A DNA stretch of 64,000 nt from Fibrobacteria bacterium (GTDB taxonomy: Bacteria > Fibrobacterota > Fibrobacteria > UBA11236). The translations under genes and the position numbers were made by a program. The DNA lies in contig JAYTSD010000038.1 in NCBI GenBank assembly GCA_043745805.1, positions 1-64,000 on the forward strand. Reading direction: 5' to 3'. The notes beneath the pieces are model-generated. The model was not told the DNA's origin. It worked only from the letters and a program-made list of their open reading frames with translations, and did no database searches. Positions 1-9,525 of the stretch are shown piece by piece (positions within the stretch are counted from its first letter, which is position 1; each line of letters opens with the position of its first letter).

Positions 1-1
1 A

Positions 2-127
2 AAGCGCGGGTTCAAATTCATAGGGTCCACTATTTGTTATGCACATATGCAGGCTACGGGCATGGTGAATGATCATACGGTGCAATGTTTTCGGCATAAG
101 GAAGTGATGAATCAAATAAAAGGGTAA
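2..127 (+). CDS. tag: 3' end of DNA-3-methyladenine glycosylase I (partial)
   Basis: Frame 2 reads KRGFKFIGSTICYAHMQATGMVNDHTVQCFR...*, matching the conserved Tag C-terminus (GFKFVG..CYA.MQA.GMVNDH...C); not in the ORF track. Confidence 0.9.
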   Translation, partial: KRGFKFIGSTICYAHMQATGMVNDHTVQCFRHKEVMNQIKG

Positions 128-184
128 ATTGTTTTTTAGACGAAGATCACAGTGTAAATACGAAAAAAAAATAGAAGCTTTACT

Positions 185-958
185 TCAAAGTGCTTCAAAC
201 ATCGGCTTCGACACCACTTCATGCGTCAAACTACAAAGTATTTTACGATCCAATCCCCACGAAGTAATCACATCGCCAACACGAATCCGTGCATGAATTT
301 TAGGTAAAGCCAATAGGCCCCAAAAATGATCAGCAAAGGTTTGCATGCCAAACCAACAAATTCTTTTTTGTTCACTATCGCTCAAGGCATTCCCATTTCT
401 ATTGCAATACTCTAAGCGTATGGGTAACACACCAGTTTTTGCTCTTACTGCCGACTCGAAAAGCATAGGTTTAAAAGGCAAGATATTTAAGTCTGGACTT
501 GAAGTGCCTTCGGGAAAAAAAATAATAGCGCTGCCATGGCGCAATCCGCGCTCCATTAAATGTAAGGCAGTATAACTTTTGTTGCGTTGATCGCGATGGC
601 AAAATAAGCAACCAAAAATCCATGCCCATTGTCCAATCAAAGGCCAAAATCGTAATTCCGCTTTGGCAACAAATTGTGCGGGAATTAAAATATATAGTAA
701 TAGAACATCAAGGTAACTGCGATGATTTGCGGCGATAAGCAAACCTTGTGTTTGTTGCAATGCCTTGTAATTCCCTTCAACCTGAATATGTACGCCTAAT
801 AAAAGTCCAATACATTGCCCCACTTTATGTGCCAAAAAAGTAATGCAGCGAAAATGCAAAGTAGGACTTATCCAACGCAAAAAAATCCAACTCATTAATG
901 CAGGAATAGCAAATAGCATATTAAGGGCTACATAGCCCAAAAGTTTAACCAGCCTCAT
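185..958 (-). CDS. PlsC-family acyltransferase (OlsA-like candidate)
   Basis: NHRSYLD (HX4D), FVAKAE and FFPEGT motifs; hydrophobic N-terminus; starts 1 nt after the upstream stop. Confidence 0.88.
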   Translation of the reverse strand: MRLVKLLGYVALNMLFAIPALMSWIFLRWISPTLHFRCITFLAHKVGQCIGLLLGVHIQVEGNYKALQQTQGLLIAANHRSYLDVLLLYILIPAQFVAKAELRFWPLIGQWAWIFGCLFCHRDQRNKSYTALHLMERGLRHGSAIIFFPEGTSSPDLNILPFKPMLFESAVRAKTGVLPIRLEYCNRNGNALSDSEQKRICWFGMQTFADHFWGLLALPKIHARIRVGDVITSWGLDRKILCSLTHEVVSKPMFEAL

Positions 959-959
959 T

Positions 960-3734
960 TTAATTCATGAGTTCCATTAAGGTTTGGAAAAAATCTCCAT
1001 CGACCTTGGTTTTGGATTTCACTTCAGGAGCCTCATCCCAATCGGCAGAAAATAAGGTTTCCCCATTTTTGTCCAAGCCCACATCGCGCAATAAACGTTG
1101 CATAATAGGTCCCGGTGCATAGTTACGGGCGCGTTTAATCGCATAGCCTTGGAATAATTGTAAATAGGCAGGGAATTGCAAAAGTCGAATAGCATGTTCG
1201 GCCATCTCTTCGCATGTTTCTACTAAAAATCCGCTTTTTCCATCTTCAATTAAATCACGAGGACCCTTAGTATTATAAGCAATCACCGGAAGGCCACAAC
1301 TCATGGCTTCAAGCACGACGCAACCAAAAGTATCAAAGCGTGAAGGTAAGAGCAAGATTTGCGCGGAGGCATAAATGGCAGGTAACCTTTGAGTATCGAC
1401 CCACCCTAAAAATTCGGCATCAGGCAAGGCGGCTTTTAATTTTTCTTCGGCAGGCCCGGTACCCGCTAAAACTAAGCGTGCGCCAGGAATTTTGATGCGC
1501 ACTTGGGCAAGAACTTTAGGTAAGTCCATAACTCCTTTTTCTTCGCTTAAACGACCGGCGTATAATAATACGGGCGCTTCTAAGGTAGCCTTGGTCGAGG
1601 ATAAATCAGGACGTAACTCAGGAGTTACATCAGGAACAAAGCGTTCATGCGCCCAATGTGCGGTAAGGAAAATGTTTTCTCGTGGGATGCCCATGGCAGG
1701 ACTAGCTAGCCATTCTTTTTGTTCGGTATTTAATACAAAAATGCCATCAAACATTTTGTAAAAAGTTCTTAAGAAGCGACGCAATCTATCCATGGAAGCG
1801 GTATCAAAATTTAAAGTTCTTTGTGCGAAGTCTATCCAATCCGTATGCATGTAAAAATAAGCCGGTACACAAAACGCGTGCTTTAAATATAACGCATAAA
1901 AACCCATGGGAGCTTCGGTAGAGCAAATGATTCTATCATATCCGCCCTGCGCGAACGCTTCATGCAATTGTAATAAATCGGGAAGGCGAAAATTTTGGCC
2001 TTTATAAAATGGCAAAGTAAATTCGGAGATAGAAGGTAAAGCCAATAAATGTTCTTCGTTTTTTAAATTCGCACCGCAGGCTAAAAAATCAATGGGTAAA
2101 TCGCGGCGACGCACTTCTTCTAAATTTAACGAAAGCGCATGGGAAACACCATTTTTGTCACGTAACGTATCAGTTAACCATAGTAAGCGCTTGGGATGTT
2201 CTTGTTTCCCCAAAGCCGCAGCAAATTTATTTAGAAACGGTCTTTCGCCATACAATACTTTGGCGCTGGTAAAAGCTGCGCCGCCCATTACGGTAGCCGC
2301 GAGTAAGGGGAAAGATAAGCCATCGCTTAATTTACCAATATCCAAAGGTGTTTGATCGGGGCGACCTGTGCGTGAGGAGCTATCGAATAAGGCGCGCATT
2401 TGTGCTGGAATTTCTAAACGACGAATCCAGTCTTGTGAATTCCAACCTGTATGAGTTTGTTCAAAATTTTGAATTTTGTCGGTTACGCGCTCTGCTAAAA
2501 TTTTACTAAAGCGTGCAAACATAGCGGGCAAACGCTCGCGTAAAGTGATTAGCATGTCGTCAGGACCTTTTTGACGCGCAACTGCAATAGCATCGAGGTC
2601 ACTGATTAGAGGACGAAAGGTTTTGGAGGTAAACCAATGCGCAAAAATTCCTGGTTTTTCACCTTGTAAGCTTGCATGAAAGGCTTGTAAAAACCGTGAA
2701 GTTGTTTTATGTCGACGTAACTCCAACATGGCATTGGCAATTCCTAAAGCTAAAAGCTTTTCACTAGGTTCGCCGCGATGTAACATTAAACGTAATAGTC
2801 CAGGATCTTCCATGTGTAAAGCGACTTGGCAAAAATAATCTAAAAATGCAACGCGTAATCGTTCCTCTTCATGCGAGGATCCATATGGCGCCATCCGTCC
2901 GGCCTTCAAGGCCTCTAAGGCTAGTACCGATTTAGCTTCGGTTTTATTAGAAAGATTGGGAACATGTAATAATGTTCCAGTAGCTCCTGCAAAAATTCCC
3001 ATATGACAATCTGAACCTCCTGCGGCTAATTTGCGATAAGGATTTTTGCAAAAAGTATCCGCAGACAAACCGGTTCTTTTGGCCATCGCTTCAATCCGTT
3101 CGGGATTCATGCCTTCTAACCAAGTAGCGGTTAATAAATTTTGCCAAGTATCACGTTGGCCATTGACGCATTCAAAGCGTTCAAATAAAATTCCTAATCT
3201 ATCCATTAAGGCATTGGACGCATTATTGTCGGGGCAATAAAAATGCAAAGGATGCGCGAGTACGGTAACAATATCTTCACTACGGGTATATTCCAAAAAC
3301 TTGTAAATATCTTTGCGTAAGGTATTGAGGCGAGCCTCTTGTATTGGCGTGAAGCCATAGGTTAACACATGCACGCCTACATTAAAGTCGGGAAGGGTAC
3401 AGGAAAATTCGGCAGCAACTAATACATCTATTCCCTTTTCCAATAAACTCCAGCAGCTACGCGCATTATTATGATTGGTAATTGTTAAGACATCTGTTCC
3501 ATGACGTCGTAATGTGGCTGTTAAGGCTTCCGTGCGCAACCAAGTTTCTGGCAAACGCAATAAGCGTCCTAAGGTTTCATCGGGGACATCACTATTAAGA
3601 TCATGGCAATGTAAGTCGATTTTTAAAGTTTCTTCGGAAGGGAAGCCGGCGCTTTGTTGACGTAAAATAAAGTTACCTAATTCCGTTTGTAATCTTTCCC
3701 GAAAGGGTAAAGCAGAGGCATTTGAATTTATCAT
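960..3734 (-). CDS. PHP-like metallophosphoesterase domain fused to a GT4 glycosyltransferase
   Basis: N-terminal DLHCH, TITNHN, AHP, ECVNG, GGSDCH (PHP-type metal ligands); C-terminal TDT..NGV, YMHTDW, YAGRLSEEKG, PSRFDTFGCVVLEAMSCGLPV (GT4). Confidence 0.85.
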   Translation of the reverse strand: MINSNASALPFRERLQTELGNFILRQQSAGFPSEETLKIDLHCHDLNSDVPDETLGRLLRLPETWLRTEALTATLRRHGTDVLTITNHNNARSCWSLLEKGIDVLVAAEFSCTLPDFNVGVHVLTYGFTPIQEARLNTLRKDIYKFLEYTRSEDIVTVLAHPLHFYCPDNNASNALMDRLGILFERFECVNGQRDTWQNLLTATWLEGMNPERIEAMAKRTGLSADTFCKNPYRKLAAGGSDCHMGIFAGATGTLLHVPNLSNKTEAKSVLALEALKAGRMAPYGSSHEEERLRVAFLDYFCQVALHMEDPGLLRLMLHRGEPSEKLLALGIANAMLELRRHKTTSRFLQAFHASLQGEKPGIFAHWFTSKTFRPLISDLDAIAVARQKGPDDMLITLRERLPAMFARFSKILAERVTDKIQNFEQTHTGWNSQDWIRRLEIPAQMRALFDSSSRTGRPDQTPLDIGKLSDGLSFPLLAATVMGGAAFTSAKVLYGERPFLNKFAAALGKQEHPKRLLWLTDTLRDKNGVSHALSLNLEEVRRRDLPIDFLACGANLKNEEHLLALPSISEFTLPFYKGQNFRLPDLLQLHEAFAQGGYDRIICSTEAPMGFYALYLKHAFCVPAYFYMHTDWIDFAQRTLNFDTASMDRLRRFLRTFYKMFDGIFVLNTEQKEWLASPAMGIPRENIFLTAHWAHERFVPDVTPELRPDLSSTKATLEAPVLLYAGRLSEEKGVMDLPKVLAQVRIKIPGARLVLAGTGPAEEKLKAALPDAEFLGWVDTQRLPAIYASAQILLLPSRFDTFGCVVLEAMSCGLPVIAYNTKGPRDLIEDGKSGFLVETCEEMAEHAIRLLQFPAYLQLFQGYAIKRARNYAPGPIMQRLLRDVGLDKNGETLFSADWDEAPEVKSKTKVDGDFFQTLMELMN

Positions 3735-6217
3735 AGGTTATCCTGAGTAAGAGGAATAGTATTAAAAGGTTGTGGAGCTAAAGTCTCATGCCATGATTCG
3801 GCATGAGGAAGTGAAAAGAAAGTGAGGTGACCTTTGTTTTCTAGTAAGGGTATTTTTACCCGCTGGGATCCAATTTTATTTGTAGGCCCCATTTGATACG
3901 GTAACGATTGAGGCAGTAATAAATACAAAGGTGCAGAATCTTGATGTTGGCGACGATCAATATTCCAATTTAATTGTAAGGAGGTTTGATGTTGATGTAA
4001 TTTATAAGTTACGGTACCATATAATGTCGACGCCTGTTTAATTTCTAATTGTAATCCGGGAATAAACCATTCGGTGGGTACATTAGGAGCTAAAAGCAAT
4101 TCTCCCATTTGTTCCGTCACTAACATTTCGCGGGTAAGGCTTAAGAACTCAGCTGCTGACCAACCATGATCGCCATCGCCCATGCATCCTCCGTAAACCC
4201 TTGGATGTAAGGCTTCTGGCCAAGTATAAGTTTTCGTTGCACGCGCTTGTAAAGCTTGCATAATGGAAAACCAACGAGGATCTTGTACGCGCATCATGGC
4301 GCGTGCGAGTTGAATGGATAAATAAGGATTCAAACCGGTATGTACTATTTTTTGAAAAAACAATCCATCACGCATATTATTTTGCCAGAGATATTCAATG
4401 GTGTTTTTTACCCAGGGTTCATGAGGCGAGAATATATCTAAAGGTGAAATGGCTACTAAACCACCGATTGCTGAGGAATCCATCCAACGATATGGAGAGC
4501 TGGGTAAAGTTTCTTTCCCTACTTTATTGAAGGCCGATTGCATAGAGTGTAAAATATCAAGGCGATAGGTTTCCAAGGTATCGCTAATCCATGCAAGGTC
4601 TTTTTTCTTATTTAATTTCTGCGCGGCCCAAAGAGTTTCTTGAAAAGCGGCGAGACTCCAAAAATTATCCCAGTAATAATGATCATTGGGACCAAAATGT
4701 TCTGCCGAAAATCCAGCAGGTAATAATCCAAAATGTGGTGAAGGGGATTTTAAACTCGGTCCACGCATTTTTTCAATCCAATGCAATCCTTTGATTAATG
4801 CAGGATAAATTTTGTCTAAAATATCCAGATCGCCACCCATTCTTACATGGCGCACTAAGGTGAATATGGCTTGGCCATTGCTATCCCATTCACCTTTTTG
4901 GCTTTTGAAAAAACCATCCTTATCTTGTTGCGCCAAATAATTAGGCGCCTTGCTCTTAACCTTTTGTCCAAGACTCATATTTTCAAAAGCCAAAGCAATA
5001 AAAGCACTATCTCTAAACCAATGATGATGATAAAGAAACGTTCCTGGGGTAAAATATTTTCCATCGTCAAATACATGCAAATGATTTTTTACCGCATGAA
5101 AGGCTTCCGTAAGTTGCGGATCCGGTATGTTTATTTGCAAACCTTGTAAGGATTGTTCTATCCATTGTGATTTTTGCTTATCGCATGCAAGGAGCAAATT
5201 TTGCAGATTAATATTTTTGAATTTGGAAAGTGGGGAAATGGATAATCGTGAAAGCGTTCCCAAAGTTTGTAACTCCCACTTTTCACTTGGTGCCAGCTTT
5301 ACCGTAAATTCCGCAAGTCCTGTGGATATGCCAGAGCGGGAGCGTAAATATTTGCCAGAAAAAGCAGTAAGATCGTGACGTAAAGGATCCCCTTGATGCC
5401 TATCGGAGAGAATGATTTTATCGGGATCACTTAAGAGTAAAAGGCCTGGCTTATGATTTATGCGCCACAAACGATTTTTATATTGGATTTTATTAATATG
5501 CCCAATGGTTAAGGGGTTATAAGGACGCAAAGCTAAGCCGAAACATAGCTCAATATTTTTGTCGGACTGGTTTTCTAAATAATGTCCAAAGTGCATTAAC
5601 TCTTCGCCTTCAAGCGAAAGGGCTGAAGCTTCTGAGCGCCAAATTAATCCTGGTATACTTTGATATTCGGTAATTACGCAAGGCCAAAACCCATCTAAAA
5701 GTTTTTGCTTGACTAAACCATGCATTTCGGGTGGGGAAAATACCTTATGGGAAACTTTATTTGCAACCTTGTCGGTTACCCTCAAAAATGGAAATATCGA
5801 CCATCCATAAGGAGATAATGTTAACATGCCCACAGGATCCACCATACTCTCGCGTGGACTATCGGGCAAGCCTAGTGAGGTCCAATTACGTCCCGTCAAA
5901 TTAGTTTTGATTAAGTTAATGGCGGTGGGCATAAACTCTTCGCTGTCCGGTTGTATTTGGCGTTCAACCCAATAAGGCCAAACCCAATCTGGATTGCTTT
6001 GTATGGCCATGGTATTATTTAAACCTGAAAGCGCAATCGCCAAACCTTGCTCTAAAAGTTCATATGGAAACGCAATGGGTGCAGGACGCCCTAAATGAAT
6101 TAAACCATCCATAAAAGGAATGAGATAGTCCTTGCCAGCCCAAATTATGACTTTACGTGCTAACCATTCTAATCTAGAGGCGATTTGCATGGGACTAATT
6201 ATACACCTGATTGGCAT
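3731..6217 (-). CDS. Putative (alpha/alpha)6 six-hairpin glycosidase (GH15/GH63/GH78-like fold), function unknown
   Basis: HHWFRDSAF, GEWDSNGQ, SAEH, YWDNFW, WPEA and DHGW motifs; ATGA overlap with the next gene; alternative start ATG at 6190. Confidence 0.65.
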   Translation of the reverse strand: MPIRCIISPMQIASRLEWLARKVIIWAGKDYLIPFMDGLIHLGRPAPIAFPYELLEQGLAIALSGLNNTMAIQSNPDWVWPYWVERQIQPDSEEFMPTAINLIKTNLTGRNWTSLGLPDSPRESMVDPVGMLTLSPYGWSIFPFLRVTDKVANKVSHKVFSPPEMHGLVKQKLLDGFWPCVITEYQSIPGLIWRSEASALSLEGEELMHFGHYLENQSDKNIELCFGLALRPYNPLTIGHINKIQYKNRLWRINHKPGLLLLSDPDKIILSDRHQGDPLRHDLTAFSGKYLRSRSGISTGLAEFTVKLAPSEKWELQTLGTLSRLSISPLSKFKNINLQNLLLACDKQKSQWIEQSLQGLQINIPDPQLTEAFHAVKNHLHVFDDGKYFTPGTFLYHHHWFRDSAFIALAFENMSLGQKVKSKAPNYLAQQDKDGFFKSQKGEWDSNGQAIFTLVRHVRMGGDLDILDKIYPALIKGLHWIEKMRGPSLKSPSPHFGLLPAGFSAEHFGPNDHYYWDNFWSLAAFQETLWAAQKLNKKKDLAWISDTLETYRLDILHSMQSAFNKVGKETLPSSPYRWMDSSAIGGLVAISPLDIFSPHEPWVKNTIEYLWQNNMRDGLFFQKIVHTGLNPYLSIQLARAMMRVQDPRWFSIMQALQARATKTYTWPEALHPRVYGGCMGDGDHGWSAAEFLSLTREMLVTEQMGELLLAPNVPTEWFIPGLQLEIKQASTLYGTVTYKLHQHQTSLQLNWNIDRRQHQDSAPLYLLLPQSLPYQMGPTNKIGSQRVKIPLLENKGHLTFFSLPHAESWHETLAPQPFNTIPLTQDNL

Positions 6218-6240
6218 TAAAAAAAGGAACTAAGAGGTTA

Positions 6241-6257
6241 CGTAACAATTTTGTAAC
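6241..6257. promoter_or_regulatory. Pho-box-like 11-bp tandem repeat CGTAAC-N5-TGTAAC
   Basis: Hexamers at 6241 and 6252 in the divergent intergenic region; overlaps palindrome GTTACGTAAC (6237-6246). Confidence 0.5.
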
Positions 6258-6381
6258 AGGATAGGAATCGTTTTGCGACAAAATAAAATCGCGTGAAAAT
6301 ACTATAAGTGTTGTTTGGGTTTTTCACTCAAACGTCTCAACAAATTCCTGTACTCCAATTGCATGGCTATTGGGACGAGTT

Positions 6382-6414
6382 TGAAACGAATATGTAATCA
6401 AACATGGTTAATAT
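6382..6414 (+). promoter_or_regulatory. Pho-box-like repeat plus -10 element
   Basis: TGAAAC (6382) and TGTAAT (6393) 11 bp apart, then TAATAT 10 nt downstream (6409). Confidence 0.5.
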
Positions 6415-6442
6415 GTACACTAACCACAATATGGAGGACTTC

Positions 6443-6853
6443 ATGCGTAAAAAGATTTTTTTTAAAACTTTAATCTGTTTGCTATTGGGCTTGTGTTTTT
6501 TACACTGTAATCACTTACAATGTCGTACGGTGCTTTACCCTTCTGGTAACAAACAAGTTACTTATACTGTGATACAGGGAGAGTTTGAGGAAATTCCACA
6601 TGGATTGTATGTAACCTATTATGAAAATGGAATACATAAGTCTTTGACCGCTTATCGGAATGGACGCAAGGAAGGGTTTTTCATACAATGGTATACGAGT
6701 GGTAAGTTAAAATCAAGACAGGAATTTAGTGAAGGAGAGCCTTTGGGGCCCGAGGCATATTGGGATGAGACGGGCGCTTCATTAAATTGTTTAGCCAAAA
6801 GTGTTTCGAATAATGAGGAACGATTTTGTGAACTGGCTCAAGTTACGCGTTGA
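6443..6853 (+). CDS. Exported MORN-variant repeat protein (YwqK-like), possible lipoprotein
   Basis: GGAGG at 6433 before ATG 6443; signal peptide with Cys; repeats HGLYVTYYENG, EGFFIQWYTSG, GPEAYWDETG. Confidence 0.7.
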   Translation: MRKKIFFKTLICLLLGLCFLHCNHLQCRTVLYPSGNKQVTYTVIQGEFEEIPHGLYVTYYENGIHKSLTAYRNGRKEGFFIQWYTSGKLKSRQEFSEGEPLGPEAYWDETGASLNCLAKSVSNNEERFCELAQVTR

Positions 6854-6872
6854 TAAGTAACAACTTCTTTAC

Positions 6873-6949
6873 TTAAACAATTTCACAACCAAATTGTAAT
6901 AAGGCGCTAACCCAGTGAAAACTAATTTGTAATAGACTCTGGGTATTTT
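6873..6949 (+). promoter_or_regulatory. Six 11-bp-phased NNNAAY hexamers plus candidate -10, upstream of the olsB-like gene
   Basis: TTAAAC 6873, CACAAC 6884, TGTAAT 6895, GCTAAC 6906, GAAAAC 6917, TGTAAT 6928; TATTTT at 6944, 10 nt after the last unit. Confidence 0.5.
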
Positions 6950-7003
6950 ACTCACTAGGTCATTCAAATAAATCCTAAATGAAAAAATTAACTCGGAGTC
7001 TCC

Positions 7004-7798
7004 ATGTTTCCAGAAATCGAAAGCGGAAAGTTTCTTGTAAAAATTGCATCCACGGTTAACGAGCTTACGGCGGCTCAAAAATTTCGTTATGAAATTTTCC
7101 ATACTGATTCGGGCCTTACCAATGAAGACGGTATAGATGCCGATTATTATGATTCCTTTTGTGATCATCTATTAGTTATTGATAAGGAAAATGATGCTTT
7201 AGTGGGAACCTATAGGTTACATCCAGGTTATCGCTTGGAATCCTCACAAGGATTTTATTGCGAAAATGAATTTGAAATTGCGCATCTCCCAATGCAAAGA
7301 GAGCGCATATTAGAGTTGGGGCGTAGCTGCGTTCACCCTAATTATCGCGATGGCTCTATCATTCAATTATTATGGTTGGCTATTACTGCATATTTAGATG
7401 CAGGAAAATTCGAATTGTTAATGGGCGCAGCATCGGTTCCGCAATCTCAAGGAGCTATGATCAATGAAATGGCCGCTTATTTGTCTTATCAAGCGCCTGC
7501 ACCAGCTAACTATTTGGTGGATGTTAAGGAGCCTTATTGTATGACCTTTGGTTATCCACATTTGGCAGATTATCGTCGTTTAGGACATGCAGGTGATATC
7601 AGTATGCATGATTTTTTACCGCCTTTGCTCAAGGGTTATTTAAATCTTGGAGCATGGATTGCAAGCGCTCCGGCTTGGGATAAAGATTTTCAAACTTATG
7701 ATTTTTTAGTGTTATTGCATAAAGATCAAATACATCCCGGATATTTGAAAAGATTTCGTCGCATTTTGGCCCATATTGGATCTGAACAAAAGGTGTGA
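7004..7798 (+). CDS. olsB: OlsB-like GNAT N-acyltransferase (ornithine/amino-lipid synthesis)
   Basis: AQKFRYEIF, D.D.YD..CDHL, VGTYRL, FY.E.EF, LELGRSCVHPNYR, PPLLKGYL.LGA, D.DF.T.D motifs. Confidence 0.8.
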   Translation: MFPEIESGKFLVKIASTVNELTAAQKFRYEIFHTDSGLTNEDGIDADYYDSFCDHLLVIDKENDALVGTYRLHPGYRLESSQGFYCENEFEIAHLPMQRERILELGRSCVHPNYRDGSIIQLLWLAITAYLDAGKFELLMGAASVPQSQGAMINEMAAYLSYQAPAPANYLVDVKEPYCMTFGYPHLADYRRLGHAGDISMHDFLPPLLKGYLNLGAWIASAPAWDKDFQTYDFLVLLHKDQIHPGYLKRFRRILAHIGSEQKV

Positions 7799-7870
7799 TA
7801 ACAAGCAATTTGGTGTTTTTTAGGGTTTAAAAGCCAGTTTTTTTGTTCTAAGTTTTATCACGATAAAGAA

Positions 7871-7898
7871 TGAAACGTCTTTGAAATAGTTTAGAAAT
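7871..7898 (+). promoter_or_regulatory. Triple Pho-box-like repeat upstream of the porin-pst operon
   Basis: TGAAAC 7871, TGAAAT 7882, AGAAAT 7893, exact 11-bp period. Confidence 0.6.
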
Positions 7899-7951
7899 AT
7901 ACAAATCCTTTTATTTATCCCATGATTTTAAACAACCTGTATGGAGGAAAA

Positions 7952-9457
7952 ATGAAGAGATTTTTGTTATTACCATTAGTATTGCTACCCTTGGGTTTAG
8001 TCAATGCGCAAACCCCAGATTCCACTCAAAATGCAAAACCCGTAGATGAAGAATTCACAAAATTAAAAGGCACTGTTGAAGGTTTGAATGAAAGTTATAC
8101 CGACACTAAAAATACGGTGGACAAATTAAGTAAACTTAAAGTTGGTGGATACATTCAAGCTCAATGGCAACATGCAGACAGTAATGGTATCAGTTCTGCA
8201 GCCGGTGGTAACTTTCCTGGATCGTCTAATCAGCGTTTGCAGATCCGTCGCGGGCGTTTAAAAACATCGTATGATGCAGGTACAAGTCAGTATGTTTTGG
8301 AATTTGAAGTGCTCCCAAGTGGTGTTAGCATGAAAGATGCTGAGATTATTTTAAATGAGCCTTGGTTAAAAACATTTAGTTTAACGGCTGGGTTGATGGA
8401 TAGACCTTTTGGCTTTGAAATTCCCTATTCGTCTTCGGCTCATGAAGCACCTGAACGTACTCGCGTTTATCAAACTGTGTTTCCAGGTGAAAAAGATTTG
8501 GGTGTGAAATTGGAAATGAATCCAGGTGATGACATGGGATTCTTAAAGTATTTCAACTTGAAAGGTGGTTTGTATACTGGAACTGCTGGTGGTTCAACCC
8601 CAACGAATCCTGTTTCTCTCACCTCTACTAAACTAGTTGTTAAGGATAGTTTGGGTAAGGCAATCAAAGATACCGTAACAGCAAATATTCCGAATGGAAA
8701 AACTGCAGCAGCATCAAATGGCGATGAAGTGGATAGCACAATGGATTTCATTGGTCGAATTGGTTTCAAGGCACCCTTTCAAGAGCTAGGTTTAGCAATT
8801 GATGGAGGATATTCTGTTTATTTAGGTCAATCAATGAGCGGAAATGACACTGTTTATCAATTATCTGGTACTAATTCATTGGCAACAACTGGCAATAAAA
8901 ACAAAAAATTTGATCGCCAAGTATTTGGTGCGGATTTGCAAGCTTATTATGATTTGCCATATGTTGGCGGGCTTTCGATTCGCGGTGAATATTTGATGGG
9001 CACTATGCCTGGTACGATAGCAAGTAGTAAAAACTATGGCTCGTCTGGTGCAGCCGTGGGTAATGATTTCCCTAAGTCCTATATGGTAATGCGTAATTTT
9101 TCGGGATGGTATGTGTCTTGGATACAAAACCTTGGAAGCAAATTTCAAACAGTTGTGAAATATGATGTATACGATCCAAATTCAGATGTCAAAGGAAGTG
9201 CTGTTGGATTGGCTGCCAATGGAGCATTAAATGAACAAGATCTTCAATATCAAACATTGGGAATGGGTTTGATATACTATTGGGATGCTAATGTTAAAAT
9301 AACTGCTTATTATGACATGGTCACAAATGAAAAAACAAATTCAGCAACACCAGATTTCCTAGATGCACCGACCAATAAAAAACCAAACTCTCTCGCTTTG
9401 TACAAAAAAGATTTAAGCGATAATGTGTTTACACTTCGCTTGCAGGTAAAATTCTAA
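7952..9457 (+). CDS. Outer-membrane porin, phosphate-selective OprO/OprP-like
   Basis: GGAGG before ATG 7952; signal peptide; GYIQAQW, IRRGRLK, PFGFE motifs; C-terminal beta-signal LRLQVKF; directly upstream of pstS. Confidence 0.75.
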   Translation: MKRFLLLPLVLLPLGLVNAQTPDSTQNAKPVDEEFTKLKGTVEGLNESYTDTKNTVDKLSKLKVGGYIQAQWQHADSNGISSAAGGNFPGSSNQRLQIRRGRLKTSYDAGTSQYVLEFEVLPSGVSMKDAEIILNEPWLKTFSLTAGLMDRPFGFEIPYSSSAHEAPERTRVYQTVFPGEKDLGVKLEMNPGDDMGFLKYFNLKGGLYTGTAGGSTPTNPVSLTSTKLVVKDSLGKAIKDTVTANIPNGKTAAASNGDEVDSTMDFIGRIGFKAPFQELGLAIDGGYSVYLGQSMSGNDTVYQLSGTNSLATTGNKNKKFDRQVFGADLQAYYDLPYVGGLSIRGEYLMGTMPGTIASSKNYGSSGAAVGNDFPKSYMVMRNFSGWYVSWIQNLGSKFQTVVKYDVYDPNSDVKGSAVGLAANGALNEQDLQYQTLGMGLIYYWDANVKITAYYDMVTNEKTNSATPDFLDAPTNKKPNSLALYKKDLSDNVFTLRLQVKF

Positions 9458-9525
9458 GATTTTTCGCTCTCCTTTAAAGAGAGTATTTTTGAATTAAATG
9501 GAAATTAAAATTAGGAGAATAGATT

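Noticed and set aside
6443-6853. Toxin-antitoxin system implied by YwqK-like repeats
   Set aside because: No adjacent toxin gene; the protein has an export signal.
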